Assembly: GCA_965215195.1 (NCBI GenBank)
Contig: CBDCDC010000002.1
Coordinates: 1,952,001-2,016,000, forward strand
Reading direction: 5' to 3'
Source: Candidatus Latescibacterota bacterium
GTDB lineage: Bacteria > Latescibacterota > UBA2968 > UBA8231
Length of the DNA: 64,000 nt
Under the pieces are notes generated by a model. It saw only the letters and a program-made list of their open reading frames with translations, was not told the origin of the DNA and did not search any database. This document shows positions 47,430 through 57,764 of this stretch, piece by piece. Every line of letters begins with the position of its first letter. Positions within the stretch are counted from its first letter, which is position 1. A program made the translations under genes and the position numbers.

Positions 47430-49734
47430 AGCCCTTTTGGGGGTCTATTCGCTCTTCCGCCTGAGCGTGGATTTCCTGCCCGACATCGACGTTCCCCGGC
47501 TCGTGGTCCGCACGGACTGTCTCGGCCTGAACGCCCGCGACGTAGAAGAATACGTCACTCGTCCCATTGAAGCCGCCCTCAGCTCGGTCAGCAGCGTGCG
47601 CCGCCTGCGGTCGGTTTCGCAGGATGGACTCTCATTGGTCGAAGTCGAGTTCCGCTGGGGCAGCGACATGGACTTGGGCTTTATCGAGGCCCGCAGCAGT
47701 CTCGACCGGGCCGGGCTGCCGCAGGCGGCCGGACGCCCCACCATTTTGCGCTTTGACCCTTCCTCAGCACCCGTAATGACCCTGATCGTCACCGGTGACC
47801 GGATCGAGCACCCCCAGTCCACCCGCGATTACCACCAAGCCCTGATGGAGTTAAAGGAGGTCGCCCAATCGGTCGTCAAACGCCGCCTCGAACAGATTGA
47901 CGGCGTGGCCTACGTGCAGGTGGCCGGCGGTCTCGACCGCGAGATCCAAGTATTTCTCGACATAGAAAAATGTGTGTTCGCCTTTATCACTCTCATCTAC
48001 TTCCTCAGAGACTTCAAAAACCCCCTCATCGTCGGCCTGTCCATACCCGTCTCCATCATCACCACCTTCATCTGCATGTACTTCCTCGACATCCACTTTA
48101 ATATCGTGTCGTTGGGCGGGCTGGCGCTGGGCATTGGGATTTTGGTCGATAACTCAATTGTGGTGCTGGAAAACATCTACCGCTACCGCGAGTTGGGCCA
48201 TGCCCCGGGCGAGGCCGCCGTGCGCGGCACCCAAGAGGTAGGGCTGGCCATTACCGCCGCGACCCTGACCACCATGGCGGTGTTTCTGCCCTTAGTGTAC
48301 ATCAAAGGGATGGCCGGGGCGCTCTTTTACCAGCAGGCCGTCACCATCTCTTTGGCCCTAACTGCTTCCCTGCTGGTGTCTATTACCCTGCTGCCCATGC
48401 TTTCTTCTAGAAGCTGGAAGAGACGTCCGGTCCGCGCCCTCTACCGGCTGGCGGTGCCGTTGGCTTGGACCATTGACCTTTTTCAGCAGGTGTTCGGCGC
48501 GTTCTTTGCCCTCTATGAACGGGTCTTGGCCGGTGCCCTGCGCCACCGCTACGCAGTGATGGTGGCTGCGTTTGTGTTACTCGCCTTGAGCGGCTGGCTG
48601 GCCGGGCGACTGGATCGGGAACTCATGCCATCCGTGGATCGAGGGCACCTCGTCTTGCGCGTGGAGTTGCCTACGGAAGCGAGTTTGTCGGCGACCTCGG
48701 CGGCGGTCGCCCGGCTGGAGCACCGCCTGCGGCAAGAGGCCGGCGTTCGGTCCGTGTTGGCGTCGGTGGGCATCATCCGCGAGAGCGCAGCCGGGGGGTA
48801 TCGGCCCGGGCTGAACAAGGCGGTCCTCGAGCTCGAGCTTGCCGAGGGGGTGCCGAGCGCGGACTAAACTCGCCGCGCTCGCCGCGCAGTTGCCCGAGGA
48901 GATCGAGCTCGTCGTGCTCAACGACGAGGGCGCTCGTATAGAGGACGATCTCGGCTTTCTGCTGCGTCGGTCCGCCTTCTCCATCCTGTGTATCGCGCTC
49001 GTGCTGATCGGGGTGTTCAAACGGCTCCAGACCGCGGTGTTGATCCTGTGCTCGGTCGCGCTTTCCGCGCTGGGGGCGTTCAGCCTGTTTCGGCAGCACA
49101 ATGTTGGTGTCATCCGGTTCCGCTTGGACACGGCTCTACGATGGGGGGACGGGGCTCTACAACGCGGTGTGGGGCAACCCGCTACTGGGCGTGGTCAAAC
49201 CGGCGCTCTTTAGCGCGCTCGGTCGTCTTAGTCTGGATGATCGCGGCAGCGCTCTTTGAGTCTTGGACCCGGCCTTTGCTGGTGTTGCTCGCCCTGCCGC
49301 TAGCTCTGATCGGGGTAGGTGCCGGGTTTTACTTGTCGGGTGCTTCTTTCAACCAAGGCGGTTATGCTGCGCTGCTGCTTTTGATGGGCATTTCCGTGAA
49401 CAATTCCATCTTGCTGGTACACCATATTGCGGCCGCAATGCGGCGGCCGGACTGCTCCAGCGCATTACGAGCACAGCCGGCGTCTGTGCAGGACGCGGTT
49501 ATCCGCGCCGCTTTCCAGCGGTTGCGCCCCATTTTCATTACCACCCTGACGACGATCGCCGGGTTTTTGCCGTTGTTGCTGCAAGGCGATCGGGGCGACA
49601 TCTGGTACACCTTGGCCTTGGGCACATCGGGGGGGCTGATATCCTCGTCGGTGCTGGTGGTGCTGATCGTGCCGCTGTGCCTGATCTGGCGAGGCTCTGC
49701 CCGGTCACTCAGGACAAGTAGCGATGCCGTATAG
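47430..49734 (+). pseudogene. Deletion mosaic of RND (AcrB-family) permease gene(s)
   Basis: Discontinuous AcrB segments in different frames: LPDIDVP..EVEEYVTRPIE, GILVDNSIVVLENI, GISVNNSILLV, RLRPIFITTLTTIAGFLPL; no proper start; ~2.3 kb against ~3.1 kb for one intact gene. Confidence 0.8.
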
Positions 49735-50814
49735 GGCTTCGCCAATGAAATCGCGCCGCCACCCGCGCAGGAGGCGATGATCCTCGGGCGTGGCCGCGAC
49801 CGCGGCGCAGACTAGATTGCGCACTTCGGCGCGGGCCGCGACAAAGGGCGCGTCAATCTGTGCCGCGTCGCTTTGCCGGCGCAAGTAAGCCATGGACTGG
49901 GCGAGTTTGCGTTCAACGACCTTCTTGTCGAGCTGCGGGCGGCGCGGTCGGGGCGGGCACTCCGCGTCGGGGACGGCCAAGCCGCGGCGAATTTGCTCGA
50001 GGACGCAGTGGTCGTAGCGACGCTTGCCGCGCGTGCGGAGCCGGCCCAGCTCCTCCAGCGACCGAGGCTTGCGCCGGGCTAGTACCACGAGCGTTTCGTC
50101 GGCCAGGATGTGATTGCGCGGCCGATCGCGGCGCTGGGCTTCTTCTTCGCGCCAAGCGGTCAACTCGCGCAGGATGGCCAGCTCGCGCCGAGAAGCTCGG
50201 CCCATGCCCTTGATCCGCGTGAATTGCTCGCGTGGGTCGCGCTCCTCGTACAGCCGCGGATCGTCGTACGCGGCCATCTCTTCTGCCAGCCAAGTGCTGC
50301 GACCAATTTGCTCGACGCGCGTCTGCAACACGTCGCGCACCTCGTGCAGATAGCGCACATCCTCAATGGCGTACGCTAGCTGATCTTCGGAGAGCGGGCG
50401 GCGCACCCAGTTGGTGAGCGTCTCGGTCTTGTCGAGGACTACGCCGAGGGTTTGCTCCAAGAGTTCGGCCAGCGAGATGGTAGAACTCATATTGGCCAGC
50501 CCGGCCGCGCAGCGGGTGTCAAAGACGTTGCGCGGAAAAGCACCCGTGACCCGGCGCAAAATAGCCAAGTCCTGTTGGGCATCGTGGAGAATCAGCTCGA
50601 CCTCCGCACACTCTAACAGGGCACCAAGAGGCGAGAGATCCGCAATCGCCATCGAATCGATCAGGTGGCAATCGCCGCTGGCGAGGGCCACTTGGATCAC
50701 GCCCAACTTGGGATAATAGGTGCGGTTCCAAACAAATTCAGTGTCTAGGGCAACGCGCTCGCAGTTGAGGGCGCGCTTGACGAGTTCGGCGAGTGCCTGT
50801 GCGGTATGGATCAT
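49705..50814 (-). CDS. rnd: Ribonuclease D (DEDDy exonuclease plus HRDC)
   Basis: VALDTEF, ILHDAQQD, FDT, NWVRRPLSEDQLAYAIEDV, HRDC WREEEAQRRDRP. Confidence 0.9.
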   Translation of the reverse strand: MIHTAQALAELVKRALNCERVALDTEFVWNRTYYPKLGVIQVALASGDCHLIDSMAIADLSPLGALLECAEVELILHDAQQDLAILRRVTGAFPRNVFDTRCAAGLANMSSTISLAELLEQTLGVVLDKTETLTNWVRRPLSEDQLAYAIEDVRYLHEVRDVLQTRVEQIGRSTWLAEEMAAYDDPRLYEERDPREQFTRIKGMGRASRRELAILRELTAWREEEAQRRDRPRNHILADETLVVLARRKPRSLEELGRLRTRGKRRYDHCVLEQIRRGLAVPDAECPPRPRRPQLDKKVVERKLAQSMAYLRRQSDAAQIDAPFVAARAEVRNLVCAAVAATPEDHRLLRGWRRDFIGEALYGIATCPE

Positions 50815-50885
50815 GCTTCTGAGGGTGTTTTAGGAAGTGGGAATCAACGCAAAAATTAGCAACATAAGACGATAAGCCGAGGGCG

Positions 50886-52187
50886 TTAAGATGACAAGTT
50901 CCAGAAGCGGCGCACCGGGGTTTGCTCTCGGTAGCCGGCCAGCCGAGTGCTGAGCAGCCAAGCCACAGTAAACGCGAGCTGGACCGCACATAAATAAAAG
51001 AGCGGCCCCCGCGGACCAACCAGCGCAGCAGACCATTGGAAACAGGCCCCACCCGCGATGCCGCCGACAAAACCGCCCAGCGCCGAGGCATACATTGCAA
51101 GGGAAAACCCCTCTGCTTGGTACTCTTTGGCAACGGCCTTGATCATCGCCCGCGACTGCCCCATCTGGTGGCCGCCGTCCAGCGCACCCCAGAGCAGATA
51201 AACGCCCCCGGCCCAAAGTGCGATCCACGGCAGTTCCGCAGGCAGGAAGAGCCAAGCCGGTGCCATGGCCGCTTGCAGCAACAGAGTGATGGTCAGCGCA
51301 CCCCGGCTGCCGTGCCGGTCCACCATCCGCCCCCAGCCATGCAGCCCAGCCACATAGCCGAGGGCCTGGACGGGCGTCATCCAGACGAAGTAGCTAACCG
51401 GCAGCCCCCACTCCGTGAGCGCCACGACCCACAGCGGAAAGGTCGCCGCTAGCACGGCCGTGCGGGCCATAACAAAGAGCGCGTACGCACGCATCTGGGG
51501 CGCGGCTAGCGCTTGGCGCAAGCGGCGCAATAGGCCCTCTCCGGGCGGGGACAGAGGCCGCTCGGCTACTGCGCGCACCAAGAAAGCTCCACCGCAGGTA
51601 GAGAAAACCGCCAGGGCAAAGAGCGGACCAAAGGCACTTGCCATGGGTTGAGAGCCGAGATACCAGCCGATCACAATGGGCAAGACGAGTTCGAGAAGGC
51701 GCTGCTGAAGGCGCATGCGCGTGAGAAAGGCACCGATCCCACCGCTAGAGGTGTTGTCTTGGACTAGGGGCCACCAAGCGGTGTTGCCCGCTTGTTGTAT
51801 GAGACCGCGGACGCTAACCAAGGCTAGGCCGATCCAAGCGGCCCAAGCCCCGTCCGCTGCGTAGAACGCCAACAGCGCCAGTCCCAGCCCAGCCGGAAAC
51901 GACGACAGCCGGCCCCAAAAGAAAATGCCGGCCTTCCCGGTGTGGTGCATTAGCTGCAACCCAACGACGCGCCCCATCTTCTGGAGGTACTCGCTGGTGG
52001 CGACTAGCCCGATGAGAAAAGGCGAAGCTCCAAGAGAGAGCAGAAAGAGGGGGACGACGGAAGTGAGGAGGGCGTTGTTGATCGAGCCGCTAACGGCGAC
52101 GCCGATCAGCCGCGACTGGCTGCGGCGACGCACTGCTGGGGGAAGTCTGTGCCTGGGGTTTACCGTGTCGATTGGGGTGTCGGGCAT
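50886..52187 (-). CDS. MFS transporter
   Basis: About 12 hydrophobic segments; motif-A-like WGRMVDRHGSR. Confidence 0.8.
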   Translation of the reverse strand: MPDTPIDTVNPRHRLPPAVRRRSQSRLIGVAVSGSINNALLTSVVPLFLLSLGASPFLIGLVATSEYLQKMGRVVGLQLMHHTGKAGIFFWGRLSSFPAGLGLALLAFYAADGAWAAWIGLALVSVRGLIQQAGNTAWWPLVQDNTSSGGIGAFLTRMRLQQRLLELVLPIVIGWYLGSQPMASAFGPLFALAVFSTCGGAFLVRAVAERPLSPPGEGLLRRLRQALAAPQMRAYALFVMARTAVLAATFPLWVVALTEWGLPVSYFVWMTPVQALGYVAGLHGWGRMVDRHGSRGALTITLLLQAAMAPAWLFLPAELPWIALWAGGVYLLWGALDGGHQMGQSRAMIKAVAKEYQAEGFSLAMYASALGGFVGGIAGGACFQWSAALVGPRGPLFYLCAVQLAFTVAWLLSTRLAGYREQTPVRRFWNLSS

Positions 52188-52197
52188 AAGCTCAACA

Positions 52198-53643
52198 TCA
52201 CTTGTGCGATCTAAACGCGGCCTTTTCCCCGGGCGTCGGCGAGTGGTCGAAGGCACCGCGTTGAATCACCGCAGCGGCCCCGCCGGCTGCGGCGACTTGC
52301 GCCCGCTGGCTGGCATGGGCCTGCTCGTCAACCGCTTCCGGGTCGAGTACGGCGCACAATTCTCTTGCGCAATCTCGCAACAGGTCCTGATGCTCTGGCA
52401 TACCCGACAAGTCGCTTATCTCGTCGGGATCCTCTGCCAAGTCAAAAAGCTGCGGCGGTGCGCCGACGTAGTAATTGTACTTGTAGCGATTGCGGCGCAA
52501 CATGTAGGCCCCGTGCTCAGTGCCCAGCGCGTGATACTCGCTGAAAACGGTGCGCTCTTGATCGTCCTCTTGTGCGATCTGCCACAGGGAGCGGCCGGGC
52601 AGGTCTTCGTCGATCGCTGCGGCCCCGACGCATTCGAGCGCGGTTGGAAAACAATCCACTAAAGAAACAGGCGTCTGTACCACCTTCCCCTCCGGCACGG
52701 CCGGGCCGGCCGCAATCATCGGCACGGCCGCCGCCTCGTCGTAGAGCGTGAACTTGCCGAAGATGCCGCGGGCCCCGAGGCATTCGCCGTGGTCGGAGGT
52801 ATAGAGCACGCGAGTGGAATCCCTCAGGCCGCACTCGTCAAGCGCGCCTAGCACGCGGCCGATCTGCTGGTCGAGATAGGTCGTAGTCCCGCAGTACGCG
52901 GCAGCAACTCGCCGCATCGTCTCTTCGCTGTGCCCTTGGTCGAAGCGGAAGAAGCGGCGGAAGTAGTCCAGCGCCGGATGGTCGGGCCACGTGTCGGGCG
53001 TCCACTGCGGCGGCAGCGGCACGTCTGCAAGCGGATACTGCGCGTAGATTTGCGGCGGGGCGATATAGGGTGGATGCGGGCAGACGAAATTGAGGAAGAC
53101 CACCCAAGGCTTGGGCTCGTCTCGGTGCGCGGCGAGCCAGCGCACGGCGTGTTCGGTGCAGCGGGCGTCGTATTGCAAATAAGTCGAATCGCCCGCGCCC
53201 GCCCGCCCGAGCTCGCCGTGCTTGTCGCGAAAGGGCGGGCAATCGCGGATGCAGCCGAGTACATCGCCGACGCCATCAACTACGTGCAACGGCTCAATTT
53301 CCTCGCTAAAGCCGTGGTCTGCGCCTTGCCCCTTGAAGTGCAACTTGCCGATCGAGTCGCAGCAAAAGCCCTGCTCGCGCAAGCGTTGATGCCAAGAGAC
53401 GGGCGTACCGTCGTAGGGATGCCCGTTGTCCCAGTAGCCGGCCTGATGCACGTAGCGGCCGCTGGCCAGCGCCGCGCGAGCCGGGACGCAGATCGGGCAG
53501 TTGGTGTACGCGTTTTGGAAGCGAGTGCCGCGCGCAGCTAAGGCGTCTAGATGGGGCGTCTGCACCAGTGGATGGCCGTAGCAGCCGCTGGCGAGCCGGT
53601 GGTGCTGGTCGGATAAAATGAACAGAAAGTTGGATGGCTTCAC
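52198..53643 (-). CDS. Sulfatase (choline-sulfatase-like)
   Basis: SDQH, CVPAR (CxPxR), GKLH, PHPP, SDHG; GTG start overlapping the upstream stop. Confidence 0.92.
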   Translation of the reverse strand: MKPSNFLFILSDQHHRLASGCYGHPLVQTPHLDALAARGTRFQNAYTNCPICVPARAALASGRYVHQAGYWDNGHPYDGTPVSWHQRLREQGFCCDSIGKLHFKGQGADHGFSEEIEPLHVVDGVGDVLGCIRDCPPFRDKHGELGRAGAGDSTYLQYDARCTEHAVRWLAAHRDEPKPWVVFLNFVCPHPPYIAPPQIYAQYPLADVPLPPQWTPDTWPDHPALDYFRRFFRFDQGHSEETMRRVAAAYCGTTTYLDQQIGRVLGALDECGLRDSTRVLYTSDHGECLGARGIFGKFTLYDEAAAVPMIAAGPAVPEGKVVQTPVSLVDCFPTALECVGAAAIDEDLPGRSLWQIAQEDDQERTVFSEYHALGTEHGAYMLRRNRYKYNYYVGAPPQLFDLAEDPDEISDLSGMPEHQDLLRDCARELCAVLDPEAVDEQAHASQRAQVAAAGGAAAVIQRGAFDHSPTPGEKAAFRSHK

Positions 53644-55118
53644 GGCACCCCCACGACTTTGTCAGCACCGATCTGGGGCGGTGCGGGATAGTGCAAGCCG
53701 CGTTGACCGGAGAGGTTGCGGTTGGAACGGGGTGCCCATTGCTGGTCAGGGAGGCCGACGAGCTGGCCGCCCTCGGCATAGGCTTCGTCGCCACCGTAGA
53801 GTTCGCCGACGAGGCACTCGCTGAGCTGGGCCTGTACGGCGGCGTGGTCGGGTGAGCCCGCTAGGTCGTTCAGCTCGCTGGGATCGCTTGCGAGGTCGAA
53901 GAGTTGGACGCGGTTGCCCACTGGATAGTAGATCAGCTTGTGTCGCCCCGCACGGATCATGCGAGTGGCGGCGGCCCCTTCGCCGCATTCGCCGTACAGA
54001 TAAGTGCGCCGTTCCTCGCCGACCATCGACAGGCCCTCAACGGACTCTGGGATGTCGATGCCCGTTAGGTCGAGCAAAGTCGGCATGACGTCTTGCCAGC
54101 CAACGAGGCGGTCATCGACCGTGTGGTGCGGCACTGGTCCGTCTCGGCCTCTGAGCAAGATCATCGGCACGTTGGCCGACTGCTCGTAGTAGAGCCGCTT
54201 GGCCCACAGCCCGTGGTTGCCGAGCATGTCGCCGTGGTCGGCCGTGAAGCAAATAATGGTATTGTCGATCAGCCCCTCCTCGCGCAGAGTGCCGATGACC
54301 ACGCGAAGCTGGTGGTCAATCTGGGTACAAAGCGCGTAGAAGGCGCGGCGGATGCGCAGGATCTCCGGCCCCTTGAGGTGGGCGTTGGCCCCCTGAATGA
54401 CTTTGAGCGCATAGGGCAATTGGTCGAATTCGCGCGACCAGCTACCGCAGTGCGGCGCGTCGATCGCAATATCGCGATAGAGGTCGAGATAGCTCGGCAA
54501 GGGCACCAGCGGCGGATGCGGGTGGCGGAAGGACAGATACCAAAAGCCGGGCTTGGCCGGGTTGCGCCGCTTGATCATCCGGCTCATCTGGCGGGCCGCC
54601 CAAGTGGTGGGGTGGCAGTCCTCGGGCAAGTGATAGGCCCGGAAGGAGTACTCGTTGTTGCTCATGCCGTGGGCAAAGCCCATGCCCGCATGGCCTTTAT
54701 CCGCGAGGAAGAGATCGTAGTCGTCAACAGCCCCCAAGTGCGGTCGGCCCTCTTCGTCGAGGAGCACGTCGTCGAAGCCAATGCGGTCGCGCTGGGGAAA
54801 GACGTGGAGCTTGCCAACGGCATAGGCTTGGTAGCCGGCGTCGCGGAAGGTCTGCGCCACAGTCGGCAGAGCGGGCATGGGATCGGTTGTTTTGAAGACC
54901 CGGTCGCCGTGAGTGCGCGGCGCAGTGCCCGTCATCAGGGTGCGGCGAGCGGGGATGCAGACCGGGCATTCGCTGTAGGCGTTGGAGAAGCGGGTGCCGC
55001 TGCGGGCTAAAGAGTCGAGGGTAGGGGTGACAATGGCGGGATGGTCGGCCTCGCCCAAGAGGGAAGCGGACCAATGATCGGTAGTAATTAGGAGGACGTG
55101 CGGTCTATCGTTTGCCAT
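53640..55118 (-). CDS. Sulfatase
   Basis: TTDH, CIPAR, GKLH, PHPP, ADHGD. Confidence 0.92.
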   Translation of the reverse strand: MANDRPHVLLITTDHWSASLLGEADHPAIVTPTLDSLARSGTRFSNAYSECPVCIPARRTLMTGTAPRTHGDRVFKTTDPMPALPTVAQTFRDAGYQAYAVGKLHVFPQRDRIGFDDVLLDEEGRPHLGAVDDYDLFLADKGHAGMGFAHGMSNNEYSFRAYHLPEDCHPTTWAARQMSRMIKRRNPAKPGFWYLSFRHPHPPLVPLPSYLDLYRDIAIDAPHCGSWSREFDQLPYALKVIQGANAHLKGPEILRIRRAFYALCTQIDHQLRVVIGTLREEGLIDNTIICFTADHGDMLGNHGLWAKRLYYEQSANVPMILLRGRDGPVPHHTVDDRLVGWQDVMPTLLDLTGIDIPESVEGLSMVGEERRTYLYGECGEGAAATRMIRAGRHKLIYYPVGNRVQLFDLASDPSELNDLAGSPDHAAVQAQLSECLVGELYGGDEAYAEGGQLVGLPDQQWAPRSNRNLSGQRGLHYPAPPQIGADKVVGVP

Positions 55119-55212
55119 CGGCATCCCTATATGTAGCAAAGACCAGACCCGTCAGACGCGCTGGGTAGCGGGCCTAGCCTGCATTGGTTTTTTTGCGCCT
55201 GCTGTCGCGCCT

Positions 55213-55251
55213 CTTCACCTCACCTTTAGGTGTGAACAAGGCGCGGTGAAG
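55213..55251. repeat. REP-like imperfect palindrome, copy A
   Basis: CTTCACCTCACCTTTAGGTGTGAACAAGGCGCGGTGAAG; reverse complement of 57681-57719 with 1 mismatch. Confidence 0.75.
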
Positions 55252-56205
55252 TAGCTCAGGCCACCTCGTAGTCGCGCTCGGGCCGGGCCGGATTGCCCCA
55301 GTGGCCAGCCGGGTCGGCCGCGTCGATCAGTACGCCCTCCTTCTCCCAAGAGTAGCCGGGAATCGCACGCACGTCGGGGGTGCAGTAGCGCAAGGTTAGC
55401 CCGCAGCGCCGGCGGTCCGATTCGTTGTAGTGCGAGCTGTGCAAGAGCAGGTCGGAGTGGATCGAGACCTCGCCGGCCTTGAGCTCCACATCGACGATCT
55501 TTCCGTAGTGCTCCACATCGTCCACCGTCTGATTGAGGACGTTATTTTCCGAGGCGTCGCTCGGGCGAAATTCGAGCTGGCCGTGGAGGTGCGAGCCGGC
55601 GACGAAGCGCATACAGCCATTGTCGATATCAGCGTCGTCAACGGCCAGCCAGACGGTCACCGTCTTGGAGGGAGTCAGCGGCCAGTAGCTGGCGTCTTGG
55701 TGCCAAGAGATGGTGGTGCCGTCCTTGGGCATCTTGCAGAAGTAGTGCGAGGCTAGGCCGATCAGCTCAGGGCCGAGGAGATCGTGGACGAGGGCGAGGA
55801 TCTTGGGATGGTGCATGAGGTCATAGACCTTGGCGAACTTGAGATGCGCCGAACTGAGGGTAAAGCTGCCATAGCCGGCGGCCATGACCTTTCTCAGTTG
55901 CTCGTCGAAGAAGGCCCGGTGCTCGTCGATCTCGGCGGCGTCGAAAATTCGGAAGCCCTTGAGGTAGCCGTCCCCTCTTCGGCTCTGGTTATGGACACAT
56001 TCTGCCTTGCGCCGGGCCGCCTTTTAAGTCGGGCAGGCCGTTTCCGATAGATGTCTAGCGGCAAGCTTCCCGTCGATTTGGCCATTATCTTCTCCTTGAC
56101 AAAAGAAAGCCCTCCTAGCAAAAAACCGTGCCAAGGGGGGCAAATCCCTTACACAGGCGAGCGAGGTAATGCACGTACAGTGTAGGGTGATTCGGCAACT
56201 ACCAG

Positions 56206-56637
56206 TCAGTCGCCCTGACAAGCCCCTTGGCTGAACATTAACATATAGGGAAGCTCGTCGCTCTGTTTCCACACGGTCCTCTGTTTGTCCGCTTCACCTA
56301 CCACGGTCATCTCTCTGTTGTTTATTTTGTAGGACCCTTTAAACACGACAGGGTTTTCCTCGTCTGGATACAGCGTGATCCAGAGATTGTCTCTCCTTAT
56401 CTCCCACTCTCCGTTCAAGCCGATGCACTTCTTCTGGCCGACATTGATGCCTGTAAATGCGCCGTTCTCCTGAAATTCCCATATGTGCATAGGTTCTTCT
56501 GCAACTAATGCAAAGGCGGGATCTGCGATCTGCCACACACCAATGGGGGTCTGACCGGTTTCAACAGGCGAATTGTCGCAGCCGAGCGCAAAGACAAGCA
56601 GTATGGTTAATACAAAGGATGCAACTCTTGAATACAT
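56206..56637 (-). CDS. Putative lipoprotein (lipocalin-like), cargo of the insert in phyH
   Basis: Signal peptide with lipobox-like FALGC; IGVW motif; lower GC than flanks. Confidence 0.65.
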   Translation of the reverse strand: MYSRVASFVLTILLVFALGCDNSPVETGQTPIGVWQIADPAFALVAEEPMHIWEFQENGAFTGINVGQKKCIGLNGEWEIRRDNLWITLYPDEENPVVFKGSYKINNREMTVVGEADKQRTVWKQSDELPYMLMFSQGACQGD

Positions 56638-56807
56638 GATATGTGTGATGGTTTGTTATGCCTGTTCGAGTTGGTGGGCGACTAAGGAACCAGTTCCTCG
56701 TAGCTTATACTGGAGCCCAAATGATAGTACGCCGCGGCGGGGCCGTTAAGCCCCAGCGGGTTTTATCGCTCAATCACATTTCACATCCATGAGAAATCCT
56801 TTCTCTT

Positions 56808-56968
56808 TTAGCTGATGATCGCGGCGAACTCGGCCTGCGTCTTTTTGCCCTTGACCGAGTTGCAATAGCCGCAAAGCAGTTGGAAGTTGTGCTTGTGATC
56901 CGTACCGCCCCGGGCGCGGGCGACAATGTGATCCATGCCAGCTCGCCCGCCTTTTCCGATAGGTCGAT
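56808..56968 (-). pseudogene. HNH endonuclease remnant (probably from a methyltransferase-HNH fusion)
   Basis: 56936-56808 translates as MDHIVARARGGTDHKHNFQLLCGYCNSVKG...; preceded out of frame by IDLSEKAGEL, resembling an MTase C-terminal motif. Confidence 0.65.
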
Positions 56969-57110
56969 CGGTTGAAAGCGGCGGTCTGTTTGGTGGTGAG
57001 AGTGGTGGGATCGTGGAATGTGCAGGGGTAGAAGCACAAGTCGCGATCCATTTCGCGCAGTTCGTCGTGGGTCGGCACGGACTTGAAAGTGTAGTCGATC
57101 GTCCTGCCTA

Positions 57111-57234
57111 AAGGCCGGGTGAAGCGATTCGTCATGGCGTTATTCTCCTAAGAAGCCGTCTGCTTCACCGCGCCTTTGGGCGCGACAAGGCCGGGTGAAG
57201 CGATTCGTCATGGCGTCATTCTCCTAAAAAGCCG
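57111..57234. repeat. Tandem duplication (76-bp period) of the phyH start region with REP-like arms
   Basis: AAGGCCGGGTGAAGCGATTCGTCATGGCGT(T/C)ATTCTCCTAA occurs at 57111 and 57187. Confidence 0.85.
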
Positions 57235-57236
57235 CC

Positions 57237-57368
57237 CTTACTACACGACACCAGCCCTCAGCCTGCCAAGGATCGAGGGCGGGACGCCCTCGATCCCGGA
57301 CCCATCGGAAACAGCAGAAAAGGCGTACTCAAAGTAAGGGGCGCCTACTTTAGGTGGCGGGTACTAAG
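57237..57368. mobile_element. MITE copy 1
   Basis: Ends CTTACTACACGACACC / GGTGGCGGGTACTAAG; flanks AAAGCCGCC / GAAGCCGTC (7 of 9 match, TSD); homologous to 61154-61306. Confidence 0.75.
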
Positions 57369-57680
57369 GAAGCCGTCTGCTTCACCGCGCCTTTAGGCGT
57401 GACAAACCCCTGTCGGGCTGCGTTGCAAGGCGATCCAGCGACTTCGGCGGCCGGCGTTTTTCGAGGGCGAGACGCCCTCGATCCCAGCGGTTCGGAGTCA
57501 AGGGCGGGAGCGAAACCTTAGTTTTCAAGTAGCGCGAAAAATAAAACGCAATTTGCTCCTCGTCTCAAGGGCATCGGGCTGGACAAGCGTAACTCGTCCA
57601 GCGAATGGCGTCTATTGCCTCTTCATCGGCGAGATCAGAACTCGCCGCCCTCGACTTCTGTCGCTTGATTATCCTGCCGA

Positions 57681-57752
57681 CTTCACCGCGCCTTGTTCAC
57701 ACCTAAAGGTGCGGTGAAGCCTGCCTAAAGGCAGGGTGAAGTTGGCGCGACA
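57681..57752. repeat. REP-like palindrome cluster, copy B
   Basis: CTTCACCGCGCCTTGTTCACACCTAAAGGTGCGGTGAAG plus additional AAGGCAGGGTGAAG and GCGCGACAAGG half-units. Confidence 0.7.
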
Positions 57753-57764
57753 AGGCAGGGCGAA

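Larger units (their letters stand above)
55256..57135 (-). pseudogene. PhyH-family dioxygenase split by a ~1 kb insertion
   Basis: 5' part (57135-56968) ends ...LTTKQTAAFNR; 3' part (55972-55256) begins DGYLKGFRIF and has WHQD, DNGCM, H..LLHSS..N.S..RR motifs. Confidence 0.8.

Noticed and set aside
55894-56121. 75-aa ORF as a real gene
   Set aside because: It spans the insert/phyH junction and reads phyH out of frame, so it is probably a chimeric by-product
56100-56770. Integron cassette (attC) around the lipoprotein gene
   Set aside because: Weak hairpins exist, but I found no convincing RYYYAAC/GTTRRRY pair and no integrase
57100-57760. CRISPR array
   Set aside because: Repeats are irregular palindromes in mixed orientation, without constant spacing or unique spacers, and no cas genes are present
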